From an uncultured delta proteobacterium (GTDB lineage Bacteria; Desulfobacterota; Desulfobacteria; Desulfobacterales; QNYZ01), in NCBI GenBank assembly GCA_963845145.1, contig CAWJQU010000001.1:128001-192000 (forward strand): 64,000 bases of DNA. Direction: 5' to 3'. Positions within the stretch are counted from its first letter, which is position 1. Each line of letters begins with the position of its first letter. The translations under genes and the position numbers were made by a program. Under the pieces are notes generated by a model that worked only from the letters and a program-made list of their open reading frames with translations, had not been told where the DNA came from and searched no databases. Below are positions 1 through 9,963 of this stretch, in pieces.

Positions 1-1
1 T

Positions 2-556
2 GATGGGACGATCAATGCCGATAAGGGCTATGTCCATAAAGTAGAAGATTTTGAGTTTATCACCGGGATCTTTGAGTTATGCCACCTGCTTCAGGGTCAC
101 GGGTATAAAATTGTTATCATATCCAACCAGTCGGGGATCGGCAGGGGATATTATACCGTCGAGCAATTGCACGCCTTGAACGTTTGGATGACACGCCAAT
201 TTAGTTATCAGGCCGTTACAATTTCCGAAACCTACTTTTGCCCCCACCACCCGACTGAAGCCATCGGTCAATATAAAAAGCAATGCGATTGTCGCAAACC
301 AGCGCCAGGCATGATCCTTCGGGCGCAAAAAGCATTGAACATCAATTTAAAAAAGAGCCTGCTTGTGGGGGACCAGCTCACCGATATTGAGGCCGGTCAA
401 AAGGCCGGAGTCGGTCGAAATTTTTTAATCGGTCACCATCGAGACTCAAATAAGGGGATAAACCCCAGCCAATTGTTTAAAAATCTGATTGATTTAATGC
501 ACTTTTTAAAATCGGAACCGCTAGCGCATTATCCGCAGACAACTGAGGCGGGTTAA
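2..556 (+). CDS. gmhB: D-glycero-D-manno-heptose 1,7-bisphosphate phosphatase (5' truncated by window edge)
   Basis: Frame from nt 2 reads DGTINADKGYVHKVEDFEF...SNQSGIGRG...CPHHP...CDCRKPAPGM...LVGDQLTDIEAG (HAD IIIA motifs plus Zn ligands). Confidence 0.92.
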   Translation, partial: DGTINADKGYVHKVEDFEFITGIFELCHLLQGHGYKIVIISNQSGIGRGYYTVEQLHALNVWMTRQFSYQAVTISETYFCPHHPTEAIGQYKKQCDCRKPAPGMILRAQKALNINLKKSLLVGDQLTDIEAGQKAGVGRNFLIGHHRDSNKGINPSQLFKNLIDLMHFLKSEPLAHYPQTTEAG

Positions 557-571
557 AGCGCCGGGGATGGT

Positions 572-1111
572 TTACGGCGTGGTTATCCGTTTTTTGAAAA
601 CCTCGAGGGCATCGTTAAGTTTTCGCCTAATAAAGACTTGCTTTTCCCGGGGAATCAACGGCTGGTAGGCATCATAATCGGGATGAGACACAACAAGGTC
701 GGGAAAATCGGCAAGGCAACGCGGTTTAATTTCTTCGAACTGTTCAACAATTGCCACCAGGGAAGACTTTAGGCAGATGTGGCTTTTCAGCCAGCCGAGT
801 CTTTGCATCATCTCGAAACGGCCATGATCGGCGAGAAACATGTGAATATCGACAACGGCCATTTTTTGATGATCGTCTAAAAATCGAAAACGATCGGCCG
901 GACCATAATCCAAGGCCCCCATGATCATTTCGTAATACAATTTGGTGCTGACATCTCCCGGCTGGGCTAATAGACACAATACCCGGTCGGAAAGATCCGT
1001 GAACCGCGTATCCAGGTTAAACGATTCGCCCAATAGCCGTTCCCAGACGCCATAAACCTTTTTTTCAACCAACTGGCGTCGGTAGGTGTTTATGTTTATG
1101 ACTTTTACCAT
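572..1111 (-). CDS. hypothetical protein
   Basis: 179-aa ORF filling the gap between gmhB and miaA; no motif recognised. Confidence 0.7.
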   Translation of the reverse strand: MVKVININTYRRQLVEKKVYGVWERLLGESFNLDTRFTDLSDRVLCLLAQPGDVSTKLYYEMIMGALDYGPADRFRFLDDHQKMAVVDIHMFLADHGRFEMMQRLGWLKSHICLKSSLVAIVEQFEEIKPRCLADFPDLVVSHPDYDAYQPLIPREKQVFIRRKLNDALEVFKKRITTP

Positions 1112-1258
1112 TAGTCCGGCTAATTGAGCGTCCCTTGGCGCATGTGTATTTTATCCCATGTGCATTTTATCCGGGGATGGATTTTACAACGGATCCAATA
1201 TATCGTTTCCTGTGTAATGGTGCAATACTTGTCAAAAGGGTCGTTATGGATTCTCCCT

Positions 1259-1336
1259 GTAGGGGCACCCCTTGTGGGTGCCCATTCCCTTTGTGGTAGA
1301 CAAAACCATGGGGCAACCATAAGGGATTGCCCCTAC
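1259..1336. repeat. REP-like palindromic doublet (GTAG foot)
   Basis: GTAGGGGCACCCCTTGTGGGTGCCC...GGGCAACCATAAGGGATTGCCCCTAC; related copy at ~3197. Confidence 0.7.
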
Positions 1337-1413
1337 ATATCCGCATTCATTTTGAAATTTAGGACGCTTGGGAAATAACAAATGTAATTGCCCTGAAGGG
1401 TCGTATTTTGTCG

Positions 1414-2358
1414 ATGAAAACTGTGCATGCAAAACCAAAACTGATCGTTATTGTGGGGCCCACCGGGATCGGCAAGACGGCCACCGCCATGAATGTGGCT
1501 GAGGCTTTCGGCGGTGAGATCATCGGCGCGGATTCTATGCAGATTTACCGCACCATGGATATTGGCACGGCCAAACCTACGGCCGAGGAACAGGCCCGCG
1601 TGAGGCATCATATGATTGATGTGGCCGACCCGGATGAACCCTTTGATGCGGCCAGGTATGCACGCATGGCCAGGGAACAGGCTGAAAAACTGATAGAAAA
1701 CGGGAAAATGCCGATTGTCGCCGGTGGAACCGGTTTTTATGTCAGGGCTCTGCTAAACGGGCTCGCCGCTGAAGCGATCACTGATCGGGCCATTAGAAGC
1801 CAACTCAAACAGGAAGCTGTCGAAAAAGGAGGCCAAACGCTCCACAACCGTCTGTCGCAGCTGGATCCGGAAGCCGCCCGGCGTATCCACCCCAACGATA
1901 CCTTTCGAATCATTCGAGCACTGGAAGTCCAAACAATCACTGGTCGCCCCATCTCATCTCTTCAGTTGGACCACCACTTTGGAGATGATCCCTATGACGC
2001 ATTGATGATCGGTCTAACCATGGATCGCGAACCGCTTTATACGCGGATCAACCGGCGGGTGGAAACAATGCTTGAAGGTGGATTGGTTGACGAAGTCAAT
2101 CAACTCCTCAAACGTGGGTATGCGCCAGACCTGAAATCGATGCAATCCATCGGCTATCGCCACATGGTGCTGTTCATCGAGGGTAAGCTCTCTATGACCG
2201 AGGCCGTACGCACCATGCAACGGGATACCCGAAGATACGCCAAGCGCCAAATGACCTGGTTTAAAAAAAACCGGGACACGCTCTGGTTGGCACCCGGCGA
2301 TCAACATTCGATAAGCAGCCAGGTAGCGTCATTTTTAGACCACCAGGCGGATGATTGA
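1414..2358 (+). CDS. miaA: tRNA (adenosine(37)-N6)-dimethylallyltransferase
   Basis: GPTGIGKT, ADSMQIY..MDIGTAKP, GGTGFY, HPND..RIIRALEV, TRRYAKRQMTWF. Confidence 0.97.
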   Translation: MKTVHAKPKLIVIVGPTGIGKTATAMNVAEAFGGEIIGADSMQIYRTMDIGTAKPTAEEQARVRHHMIDVADPDEPFDAARYARMAREQAEKLIENGKMPIVAGGTGFYVRALLNGLAAEAITDRAIRSQLKQEAVEKGGQTLHNRLSQLDPEAARRIHPNDTFRIIRALEVQTITGRPISSLQLDHHFGDDPYDALMIGLTMDREPLYTRINRRVETMLEGGLVDEVNQLLKRGYAPDLKSMQSIGYRHMVLFIEGKLSMTEAVRTMQRDTRRYAKRQMTWFKKNRDTLWLAPGDQHSISSQVASFLDHQADD

Positions 2359-2413
2359 GGATGGGATCAAAATCGAAAAAGCGATAGAAACATGGCCCCA
2401 ATCACACTGAATG

Positions 2414-2445
2414 CCGGGTACATTCAATACCGGTTACATTGAATA
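2414..2445. repeat. 16-bp tandem duplication between convergent genes
   Basis: CCGGGTACATTCAATA / CCGGTTACATTGAATA (14/16 identical). Confidence 0.5.
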
Positions 2446-2458
2446 ATTGATCAGCCGT

Positions 2459-2935
2459 TTACGAGACGACCGTTTGCATTTCGGGCTGCCCGGATGCCAC
2501 AGGTATGGTAACCACCGGAACGGATGCGGTTTTAACGACTTTTTCGGCAACACTACCGAAGGGAAACAACCCCTTTTCCCCTTTGGTGGTCATTACCACC
2601 ATATCCACGTTCTCTTCCTTAACGAGTTTCAGGATTTCCTCGGCAGGATCGCCCACCCTGACGTGCTTGATGTAAAGGGGACATTCGTCCAGGTATTTGC
2701 TGCAAATCTGATCCAACCTTTTTCGTCCGGTCTTCTCTTCCCATTCGACGATTTTGTCGACATGTCCGCGGTCAAAATCGCCATACCATCCCTCATGATG
2801 GGCAATATCCTCCACCACATGGAGTACATGGATTTCCGCCTGGTATTTGGTTGCCAATGATTCGATATATGCCAACGCCGACTGGGCGCTAATAGAAAAA
2901 TCAGTGGGCCATAGTATTTTTTCAAACTGTTTCAT
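2459..2935 (-). CDS. universal stress protein (UspA family)
   Basis: KILWPTDFS, LHVVE, GDPAEEIL, DMVVMTTKG..FGSVAEKVVK..VPV. Confidence 0.93.
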   Translation of the reverse strand: MKQFEKILWPTDFSISAQSALAYIESLATKYQAEIHVLHVVEDIAHHEGWYGDFDRGHVDKIVEWEEKTGRKRLDQICSKYLDECPLYIKHVRVGDPAEEILKLVKEENVDMVVMTTKGEKGLFPFGSVAEKVVKTASVPVVTIPVASGQPEMQTVVS

Positions 2936-3015
2936 GGGCCGCCTCCATTTATATATAGCCTTGGGCTCCTCCAGTTAAGTAACCCAAAGGGGCACTTATC
3001 CAACGCGCTATGTGC

Positions 3016-3083
3016 CTGCATTGAACTAAAATCTGCATTGAACTTAAATCCGGGTTGAACTAGAATCTGAATAAATCTAAAAT
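3016..3083. repeat. four tandem 17-bp direct repeats in a divergent promoter region
   Basis: CTGCATTGAACTAAAAT CTGCATTGAACTTAAAT CCGGGTTGAACTAGAAT CTGAATAAATCTAAAAT. Confidence 0.75.
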
Positions 3084-3196
3084 AAGAGTAACCATCGATG
3101 TCGATAATGTCTAATTCTGGGCGAACACTTGTTGGGCTGGACATTCCTTGCTGCCGGCTGTCAATAAAACAAAAATTTCTTGCGTGGATTCCATCC

Positions 3197-3270
3197 GTAT
3201 GGGTACCCCTTGTGGGTACCCATACCCCTTATGGGTGACGGAACGATCAAACCACCGGGCAACCACAAAG
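3197..3270. repeat. second, degenerate REP-like doublet
   Basis: GTATGGGTACCCCTTGTGGGTACCC...GGGCAACCACAA; the hairpin carries a compensatory change relative to the 1259 copy (GCACCC/GGGTGC to GTACCC/GGGTAC). Confidence 0.65.
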
Positions 3271-3362
3271 CCTTGACAGGTTTGCCCACGCTAAATAAAA
3301 TCAAAGTCCACGTCTTACCGATACGCCAAAAACACCAAAACGGGTCAACCAGTGAAACGACC

Positions 3363-5040
3363 ATGAATCTGAAAACGTGTGTGCACCCATCGGGAAATTT
3401 CATCTACGGCATTCACAAGCCGAATTTCGATGTGCGCAACCTGCGCCAAGACAATTCCGTGAACACCCTGGGTATGGATCAACATCATACACCGGTTGAC
3501 AATCGGGTTAATTTTCCATCCGGCCCTGTAAATGTTCATGACGCCGATTGGGTTTTTGAAATCCCCAACGCCTTTGCCTTTCGTGGTGCAACCTACATTG
3601 CCAAAAGCTGGGCCGATCATAAAGCTGAAGACCCGGTATTAATCAACTTGCCGCCACCGCCGGAGGTGTCGGTGTCACAATATTTGAAAAATATCGTGGG
3701 GGAAGAAACGCACCGGTCACCGGCGCTGGAGAAAATGTTCGCGGCCATGCCGGAGCCACTGCAATTGGCCACGGCGGTAAACACGACGGACCCCCATGAC
3801 CTGGTGGAGCTAGCCCGCATCTGCTGCCGGTTCGTATTCGATGAAACCGGCACCCATCCGGCCAGCACCCATCCAATCGGTCTCTCATTTGTAACCCGAC
3901 CCGACGGCGGGAAGAGGCCGGTGATCCATAACCAACCCCTTTTTGAAGCAGTGGCCAACAACTACTATCTACCCGATACGTATAAAAAAGTCATGGTGCT
4001 AACCCCGGGCGTTCAAGGCAACAGTGAAATCGTCGGAGAATATCGCGACGGTCAGGGCCAAACCCACGTTTATGAGTATTTACGAAAAAACAGCTATATT
4101 CCCTGGGGTCACTATGCCGCCAACATGGCCGATGACGCCGTCCGCTATCGAAGTGCCGACCTGACTTTGGCAGATCTGACGGGCATGCGGCACTTATACT
4201 ACCAGCGTACCTATATCCGTATGGCCGACGAGCTGGGTCTTTTGAAAGACACTGCCCCGGGAAGATTTGATGAAGATCAGTTGGAAGCCCTTCGCCTGAA
4301 AATCGGTAAGGCCCTATTCGAAAATAGCGGCGTATCGGGGAAGATATTTAACCGCACGTTGTGGGGCTGGAATTTCGGGTTCGATTACGCCCCAAGCAAG
4401 TACCGCCTGCACGCTTCCCACCAACAGGTCCACCAGCAGTACGCCCTGCTGCCCAAAACCTTTGAGGTAGCCCATGGTTCAAAACCAGATGCCGAATATA
4501 GGTACCAAACCAGGCGACGACCTTCTAACATGCTACGGCTTCGGCGATTTGGTGGAGAATTTCATTCGGGTATATCATGAACAGACTAAAAAACATTTTT
4601 TCGATTGTTATATCCAGGCGTTGCGCAACAACTGCCGAATGGACGGCAATCCCGAACGACCGTCCGATCTCATCGTTTACGAAGATGATCGGGTCATTTT
4701 ATTTGTTCCCAAGGCGCAAACCTCCCAATGGGAACTTCAGCTCATGACGAAGGCCCCGGTGGGAAATATTTTAGAAGCCGATGCCGCCACGCGTACCGCC
4801 ATTGACCGGGCCATTTTTTATGCCGTCCACACCCTGGGGGCCATGGGCGCCCGCATGATTACCGGCATCGAAATATCCAAACGCTTCGATGCGCCAAAAC
4901 TTGACCAGCGCTTGATCTATTGTTTCCTGCCCCGTTTGCCTGAATCGCCCGGCGCTTTTAGTGAAACCCAGTTACGTTGGATAAACGGACACTATCCGGA
5001 AGATTTCGCCGCCGTTTGTCGAAACCATTTGCCGGGATAA
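3363..5040 (+). pseudogene. GalT/HIT-like nucleotidyltransferase-fold protein, frameshifted near 4476-4501 (ORFs 3363..4580 and 4474..5040)
   Basis: WGWNFG...LHASHQQVHQQY resembles the GalT HxHxQ region; the second ORF has a GalT C-terminal-like IVYEDD..ILFVPKAQTSQWELQLM; the two ORFs overlap in different frames. Confidence 0.5.
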
Positions 5041-5069
5041 TCATTGATAAAACCGAAAGGATGCCTCCA

Positions 5070-5849
5070 ATGAATTACGAAGACATTGTCGTTGAAAAAA
5101 ATAACGCCTACGTGGGCGAAATCATGCTCAATCGTCCCGCACATTTGAACACCTTCAGCAGCCGCATGGCTGATGAACTGGCGACAGCCCTGTCTGAAAT
5201 GGATACCGACCCGGCGGTTCGCGTTGTTGTGCTGAAAGGGGCGGGCAAGGCCTTTTGCGCCGGTATCGATGTCAATGAGCTGGCCGGCAAGTCGGCCATG
5301 GAATACCGGGCCTGGATCGAGCGGATGGAAAGGCCCTTGATTACCATAGCCGGGATGAAAAAACCGGTCATCGCCCAACTTCAGGGCGTCGCAGCCGCCA
5401 ACGGCATGGGCCTTATAGCGGCGGCTGATCTCGTGATAGCGGCTGAAAATGCCCGCATGGGGCTGACGGCGATTAATGTGGGGCTTAATTGTGTGGGTCC
5501 CGTCATTCCGGTAGCCCGCTGCGTGGGGCGTAAAAAAGCGCTGGAACTGCTGCTTTATGGCAAACTAATCGGTGCGACGGAAGCATTCAACCTGGGACTG
5601 ATCAATAAAATCGTTCCAAAGGGTGACCTCGAAGAGGAAGCGCAACAATGGGCCAAAGAGTTGGCACAGAAAAGTCCTCTTGCCGTCCAGATCGCCAAAA
5701 GTGCTTTTTATCAATCCGAGGATATGGAGTATAAACAGCAGTTCGCCCATATGAATGAGGCATTTGCGCGCTTGTGCACCACCGACGATGCCAAGGAGGG
5801 CGTGTCGGCATTTTTTGAGAAAAGGAGACCGAATTGGAAAGAGAAATGA
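5070..5849 (+). CDS. enoyl-CoA hydratase/isomerase (crotonase) family protein
   Basis: LNRP..LN, KAFCAGID, KPVIA, ADLVIAAENA, DAKEGVSAFFEKRRPNW. Confidence 0.92.
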   Translation: MNYEDIVVEKNNAYVGEIMLNRPAHLNTFSSRMADELATALSEMDTDPAVRVVVLKGAGKAFCAGIDVNELAGKSAMEYRAWIERMERPLITIAGMKKPVIAQLQGVAAANGMGLIAAADLVIAAENARMGLTAINVGLNCVGPVIPVARCVGRKKALELLLYGKLIGATEAFNLGLINKIVPKGDLEEEAQQWAKELAQKSPLAVQIAKSAFYQSEDMEYKQQFAHMNEAFARLCTTDDAKEGVSAFFEKRRPNWKEK

Positions 5850-7072
5850 AACCTTCTAAGACAAGCGTTCTACTGGTCGCCACGATGGACACCAAGGGGC
5901 AGGAAGCGGCCTACCTGAAATCCTGTTTTCAACAAATGGGCGTTCCGGTTATCATAATGGATGCGGGAATTCGGGGCGAGAGTCCCGAACCTGTGGATAT
6001 CTCGCGTGAGCAGGTGGCCGAATCCGGTGGCCATACACTGACCGAGGTGAGAAATCTGGGCCATGAGAGCAAAGCCCTCAACGCCATGATATCCGGCGCC
6101 TTAAAGCTGGCCCAACCGCTTCACCGGAAGGGCGAAATCAGCGGCGTCATCGGTTTGGGGGGGTCCATGGGAACCACCCTGGCCACAGCCCTTATGCGCG
6201 CCTTTCCTGTCGGATTTCCCAAGGTCATGATTTCCACCATGGCCTCGCGGGATACCAGCGCTTTTGTAGGCACCAAAGACGTGATGATGCTGCACTCGGT
6301 CTGCGATTTGGTGGGCATCAATCGCATTTCCGCCAGAGTCCTGCATAATGGGGCGGCCGCCATGGCAGGCATGGTTCAACATGTCCGGGACGATTCTCAA
6401 ACCGATAAGCCCATGGTAATTATGTCAACCTTGGGCACGACCGAAGCCTGCGCCCAGAGTGTCCGCAAAGCCCTGGAAAAAAATGGCCGGGAAGTGGTGA
6501 TCTTTCATACCGTGGGTGCCGGCGGCAAGGCCATGGAAGAGATGATCGAAGAAGAAAAGGTGACGGCGGTTATTGACCTGTCGCTGCATGAAATGATGGA
6601 TCATCGTTTCGGTGGCGATTATGATGCCGGGCCTGTCCGTGGGACGACAGCCCTGAAAAAAGGGATACCCACCCTTCTGGTGCCCGGCAATATCGATTTC
6701 ATCGTCACCGGCCCCATGGAAACGGCCCTGAAGCAATTCCCGGGGCGACCTTTTCACCAGCACAATGCGGCTATCACGGTTGTTCGCAGCAACCCTGCGG
6801 AGATGCAAACCCTGGGATCGGTGATAGCCGATATTTGTAATCAAGCCCTTGGAAAGTGGACCATGCTGATCCCCATGGGTGGATTTTCAGCCTTTGACAG
6901 CGACGGCGGGCCATTACCGGACGAACAGGCACGGGTCTCTTTTGCCGATAGCGTGGAAAACCAACTGAAAGAGAGATCCAAAGTCCACCGTCTCCCTCAC
7001 CACATCAATGACGCGGAGTTTGCACAAAAAATCATTCAAATCCTGGATGGTTTTTTGGGTAATGAATCGTAA
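5846..7072 (+). CDS. Tm-1-like ATP-binding domain protein (UPF0261)
   Basis: TMDTKGQE, GLGGSMGT, FPVGFPKVMIST, MLHSVCDLVGIN, HHINDAEFA; ATGA-coupled to the crotonase gene. Confidence 0.85.
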   Translation: MKPSKTSVLLVATMDTKGQEAAYLKSCFQQMGVPVIIMDAGIRGESPEPVDISREQVAESGGHTLTEVRNLGHESKALNAMISGALKLAQPLHRKGEISGVIGLGGSMGTTLATALMRAFPVGFPKVMISTMASRDTSAFVGTKDVMMLHSVCDLVGINRISARVLHNGAAAMAGMVQHVRDDSQTDKPMVIMSTLGTTEACAQSVRKALEKNGREVVIFHTVGAGGKAMEEMIEEEKVTAVIDLSLHEMMDHRFGGDYDAGPVRGTTALKKGIPTLLVPGNIDFIVTGPMETALKQFPGRPFHQHNAAITVVRSNPAEMQTLGSVIADICNQALGKWTMLIPMGGFSAFDSDGGPLPDEQARVSFADSVENQLKERSKVHRLPHHINDAEFAQKIIQILDGFLGNES

Positions 7073-7183
7073 GGGGCATTGTACCGATTTCGAAATAATG
7101 CTTGTGGATAATTCACCCAAAGCTGTTTGGTAAAGTGAAATCCGTGCCTATAAATCAATATGAATTCAGACAGGAGATTTTTG

Positions 7184-8149
7184 ATGATTTTCAATCTTGA
7201 TGTTCTAAAAATTGATCCTGCACAGGAGTTAGAGAAACTTTCAAAGTTTATTGTGGAGCAATTAAAAGTTGTTTTTCGCAGAAAAGGTATCATGGTTGGA
7301 TTAAGTGGTGGTATTGATTCTGCCTGCATAGCGGCTGTTGCCGTACATGCGATAGGCAAAGAAAATGTAGTGGGACTTGTTCTTCCTGAAACGGAGTCTA
7401 ATCCTATCAGTAGTGAATATGCAATAAAACATGCACAAGCGTTAGACATAGAACATCGTCAAATTGACGTTACGCCTACAGTTGATAGTGTCGTTCATTA
7501 TAATTGGCGGGATGAATTTTTACAGAAACTGATTCCTGAATATAAACCTGGATTTAAGTATAATATATCACTTCCTACAGATCTCCTGGAGCGAGATGCT
7601 TTCAGTTTTTATTATTTGCAAGTCCAAATGCCTGATGGAGAAATAAGGAAAAAAAGGTTAAATTTAGAGGCGTTTCGTACAATTACTTCATTTGCTAATA
7701 TTAAAATCAGAGCTCGTATGTTGCATCTTTATGCCGAAGCAGAACGACGAAACCTTCTGGTTGTTGGAACGACCAACCGTACTGAGTTTATATTAGGAGA
7801 TTTCTGTAAATATGGCGACGGGGGTACTGATATTGAGCCGCTTACCTATCTTTATAAAAATCAAATATTTCAACTTTCAGCGTATCTCGAAGTAATTCCG
7901 GAAATTATTGAACGTCAACCCAGCCCTGACACGTTTAGTCTTCCTGTAAGCGATCAGGAGTTTTTTTTCAGGATACCATTTGACAAACTAGATTTTCTTC
8001 TTTACGCGTGGGAGCATGATGTCCCCACAAATGATGTCGCTCATATACTGGATATTTCGGAAAATGCAGTTAAAAGGGCTCATAAGGATTTTGCATCAAA
8101 ATATCGCGCTACTGCTCATTTGAGAGAAGTTCCACATACATTAGGGTAA
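7184..8149 (+). CDS. nadE: NH3-dependent NAD(+) synthetase-like protein
   Basis: GLSGGIDS, NIKIRARM..LY, GTTNRTE..GDFCKYGDGGTDIEPL..LYK; AGGAG RBS. Confidence 0.85.
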   Translation: MIFNLDVLKIDPAQELEKLSKFIVEQLKVVFRRKGIMVGLSGGIDSACIAAVAVHAIGKENVVGLVLPETESNPISSEYAIKHAQALDIEHRQIDVTPTVDSVVHYNWRDEFLQKLIPEYKPGFKYNISLPTDLLERDAFSFYYLQVQMPDGEIRKKRLNLEAFRTITSFANIKIRARMLHLYAEAERRNLLVVGTTNRTEFILGDFCKYGDGGTDIEPLTYLYKNQIFQLSAYLEVIPEIIERQPSPDTFSLPVSDQEFFFRIPFDKLDFLLYAWEHDVPTNDVAHILDISENAVKRAHKDFASKYRATAHLREVPHTLG

Positions 8150-8195
8150 AGTTGCTAACATCAGATGCACAAAATTGAGTTCTAAAAGGAACAGT

Positions 8196-8756
8196 ATGAA
8201 AACAGAAGACTTGGGAAATTCTAAATTATTAAATCTTGTTTTCAAGCCGGCTGGATTTCTAATGGGAAGTGGGGTTAGAAAATGGTTAATGGACCCCTTT
8301 AAAACGCTTCAAACAGCTGATGTCCAGCCTGGTCAAACTATTTTAGAGGTGGGATGTGGTACTGGTTTTTTCACAATACCAGCGGCAAAGATAGTTGGTG
8401 TAAAAGGATCCTTGGTAGCAATGGATGCTTCTTCCGGATTCCTCAAAGTAGTCACCAAGAAAGTCGAAATGGCCAACTTGAAAAATGTTTCTATTATTCA
8501 AAGAGATGCGCTGAGTACAAGGCTACAGACTGCGAGTATAGATAAGGTACTTTTATTTGGTGTAATCCCATTTCCATTGCTTCCTTTGGATAAACTCTTA
8601 CCTGAAATGCATCGAATTCTTAAGCCAGATGCAACCATGGCAGTATGGCTTTTTCCACCGTTGGTACACTCATGGGTACCAAAAGCGATACTTCGGACAA
8701 ACTTGTTTGACCTTATTAGAAAGAAAAAAAGAGTCTATAATTACAAACGATTATAA
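8196..8756 (+). CDS. class I SAM-dependent methyltransferase
   Basis: ILEVGCGTGFFT, EMHRILKP. Confidence 0.88.
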   Translation: MKTEDLGNSKLLNLVFKPAGFLMGSGVRKWLMDPFKTLQTADVQPGQTILEVGCGTGFFTIPAAKIVGVKGSLVAMDASSGFLKVVTKKVEMANLKNVSIIQRDALSTRLQTASIDKVLLFGVIPFPLLPLDKLLPEMHRILKPDATMAVWLFPPLVHSWVPKAILRTNLFDLIRKKKRVYNYKRL

Positions 8757-8761
8757 TTCTC

Positions 8762-8815
8762 ACATAACAACATATCGTTGGCGGCTATCGCCTCAACTGA
8801 GGCTGGGCGTTCTCT
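8762..8815 (+). other. degenerate attC-like site
   Basis: ACATAAC AAC...GGCGGCTATCGCC...CTGAGGCTGGGC GTTCTCT directly after a stop codon. Confidence 0.4.
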
Positions 8816-8935
8816 GTTTCCTCAAGAATATATCATTAACGTCAAAAGCGGTTGTTCCTAATATTAAGATGACCAAGCTAAAAGCATTAAATATTATTCC
8901 AATCCTTTTTTTATTCGCTAATTAAAGGTAGCATT

Positions 8936-9871
8936 GTGAAACCTGCGAAAAAAAACGTTTATGAAATGAAAAACCTTAGAGTCCCCTTAATCATTTTAAT
9001 TTCATTTTGGACCTTAGCCATAGTCTTATGGCAAACCACGGGAAACATATTTTTTTTGTTCAATTTTGGTTACATTGGGACTGCCGTTGGCCTTGGGATT
9101 GGCCTATACATATTACTTCCAAGGAAAAAAAAGCCCGCAGGCAGACGCTTTGCGCAATTGCTTATTGGGATCTATATGCTGGGTTTCCTTGGGATAGTTA
9201 AAATGGAAAACATGCAATTAGAAGGATTTTTCTTATATTTGCTATCTGGATTTTTTGCAGGCTCCGTTATTCATTATTTAGTGGCCAAAATTTTAGGGCC
9301 GATACTATTTGGACGAGGGTTCTGTGGTTGGGCGTGTTGGACCGCGATGGTTCTTGATTTTCTTCCATATAAGCGGAACAAGACGGGCAGAATGGCCGCA
9401 AAATGGGAAACATTGAGGTATATCCATTTTGGCTTAAGTTTTTTATTTATACTTGTATTATGGTTCTTTTTTCAATATAGGCCCAATCCAATGGATCAAT
9501 CAGAGTTGGTATGGCTCGTGGGAGGTAACACCTTTTATTTTACCTCTGCAATCATCCTTGCTTTTTCGCTCAAAGATAATAGGGCTTTTTGCAAATATCT
9601 TTGTCCAATAACTGCAATCCTTAAGATTACATCACGATTTTCATTTCTTAAGATCGAGGGAGACAGGGAGACCTGCACACATTGCGGTGTGTGTAACAAG
9701 TCGTGTCCAATGGACATCAATATCATGGCGTACGTAAACCGTGGTGATAGGGTCTTATCCACTGAATGTATTTTTTGTTTGACATGTACAACCGTCTGCC
9801 CAGAAGGAATACTGGAGGATACTTTTAAAATGGATATTGGCGGCAAAGAATATATACAAAGAAGACGATGA
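8936..9871 (+). CDS. membrane 4Fe-4S protein (NapH/MauN/RdxA-like)
   Basis: Several TM helices, GRGFCGWAC, FCKYLCP, CTHCGVCNKSCP, CIFCLTCTTVCP. Confidence 0.88.
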   Translation: MKPAKKNVYEMKNLRVPLIILISFWTLAIVLWQTTGNIFFLFNFGYIGTAVGLGIGLYILLPRKKKPAGRRFAQLLIGIYMLGFLGIVKMENMQLEGFFLYLLSGFFAGSVIHYLVAKILGPILFGRGFCGWACWTAMVLDFLPYKRNKTGRMAAKWETLRYIHFGLSFLFILVLWFFFQYRPNPMDQSELVWLVGGNTFYFTSAIILAFSLKDNRAFCKYLCPITAILKITSRFSFLKIEGDRETCTHCGVCNKSCPMDINIMAYVNRGDRVLSTECIFCLTCTTVCPEGILEDTFKMDIGGKEYIQRRR

Positions 9872-9872
9872 T

Positions 9873-9937
9873 GCTGAAAAAAACGGCTGCAACAGGACGG
9901 TTCGTAACCACGCGCTCAATGAGTCATAATGTTATAT
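9873..9937 (+). other. degenerate attC-like site
   Basis: ...AAACGGCTGCAACAGGAC...TGAGTCATAAT GTTATAT; intact GTTRRRY-like core, inverse core decayed. Confidence 0.5.
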
Positions 9938-9963
9938 CACATAATGCTTCCATAGGAGGGGAT

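Noticed and set aside
3016..3083. Possible CRISPR array
   Set aside because: Repeats are contiguous 17-mers with no spacers, and there are no cas genes in the window
3180..3362. N-terminal extension of ORF 3180..4580 and the short ORFs at 1120-1438 and 3161-3403
   Set aside because: They are translations of the REP-like repeats and promoter DNA; ATG 3363 is the more plausible start
8629..8925. 98-aa ORF between the methyltransferase and the Fe-S gene
   Set aside because: Overlaps the methyltransferase and an attC-like site; at most a cassette remnant
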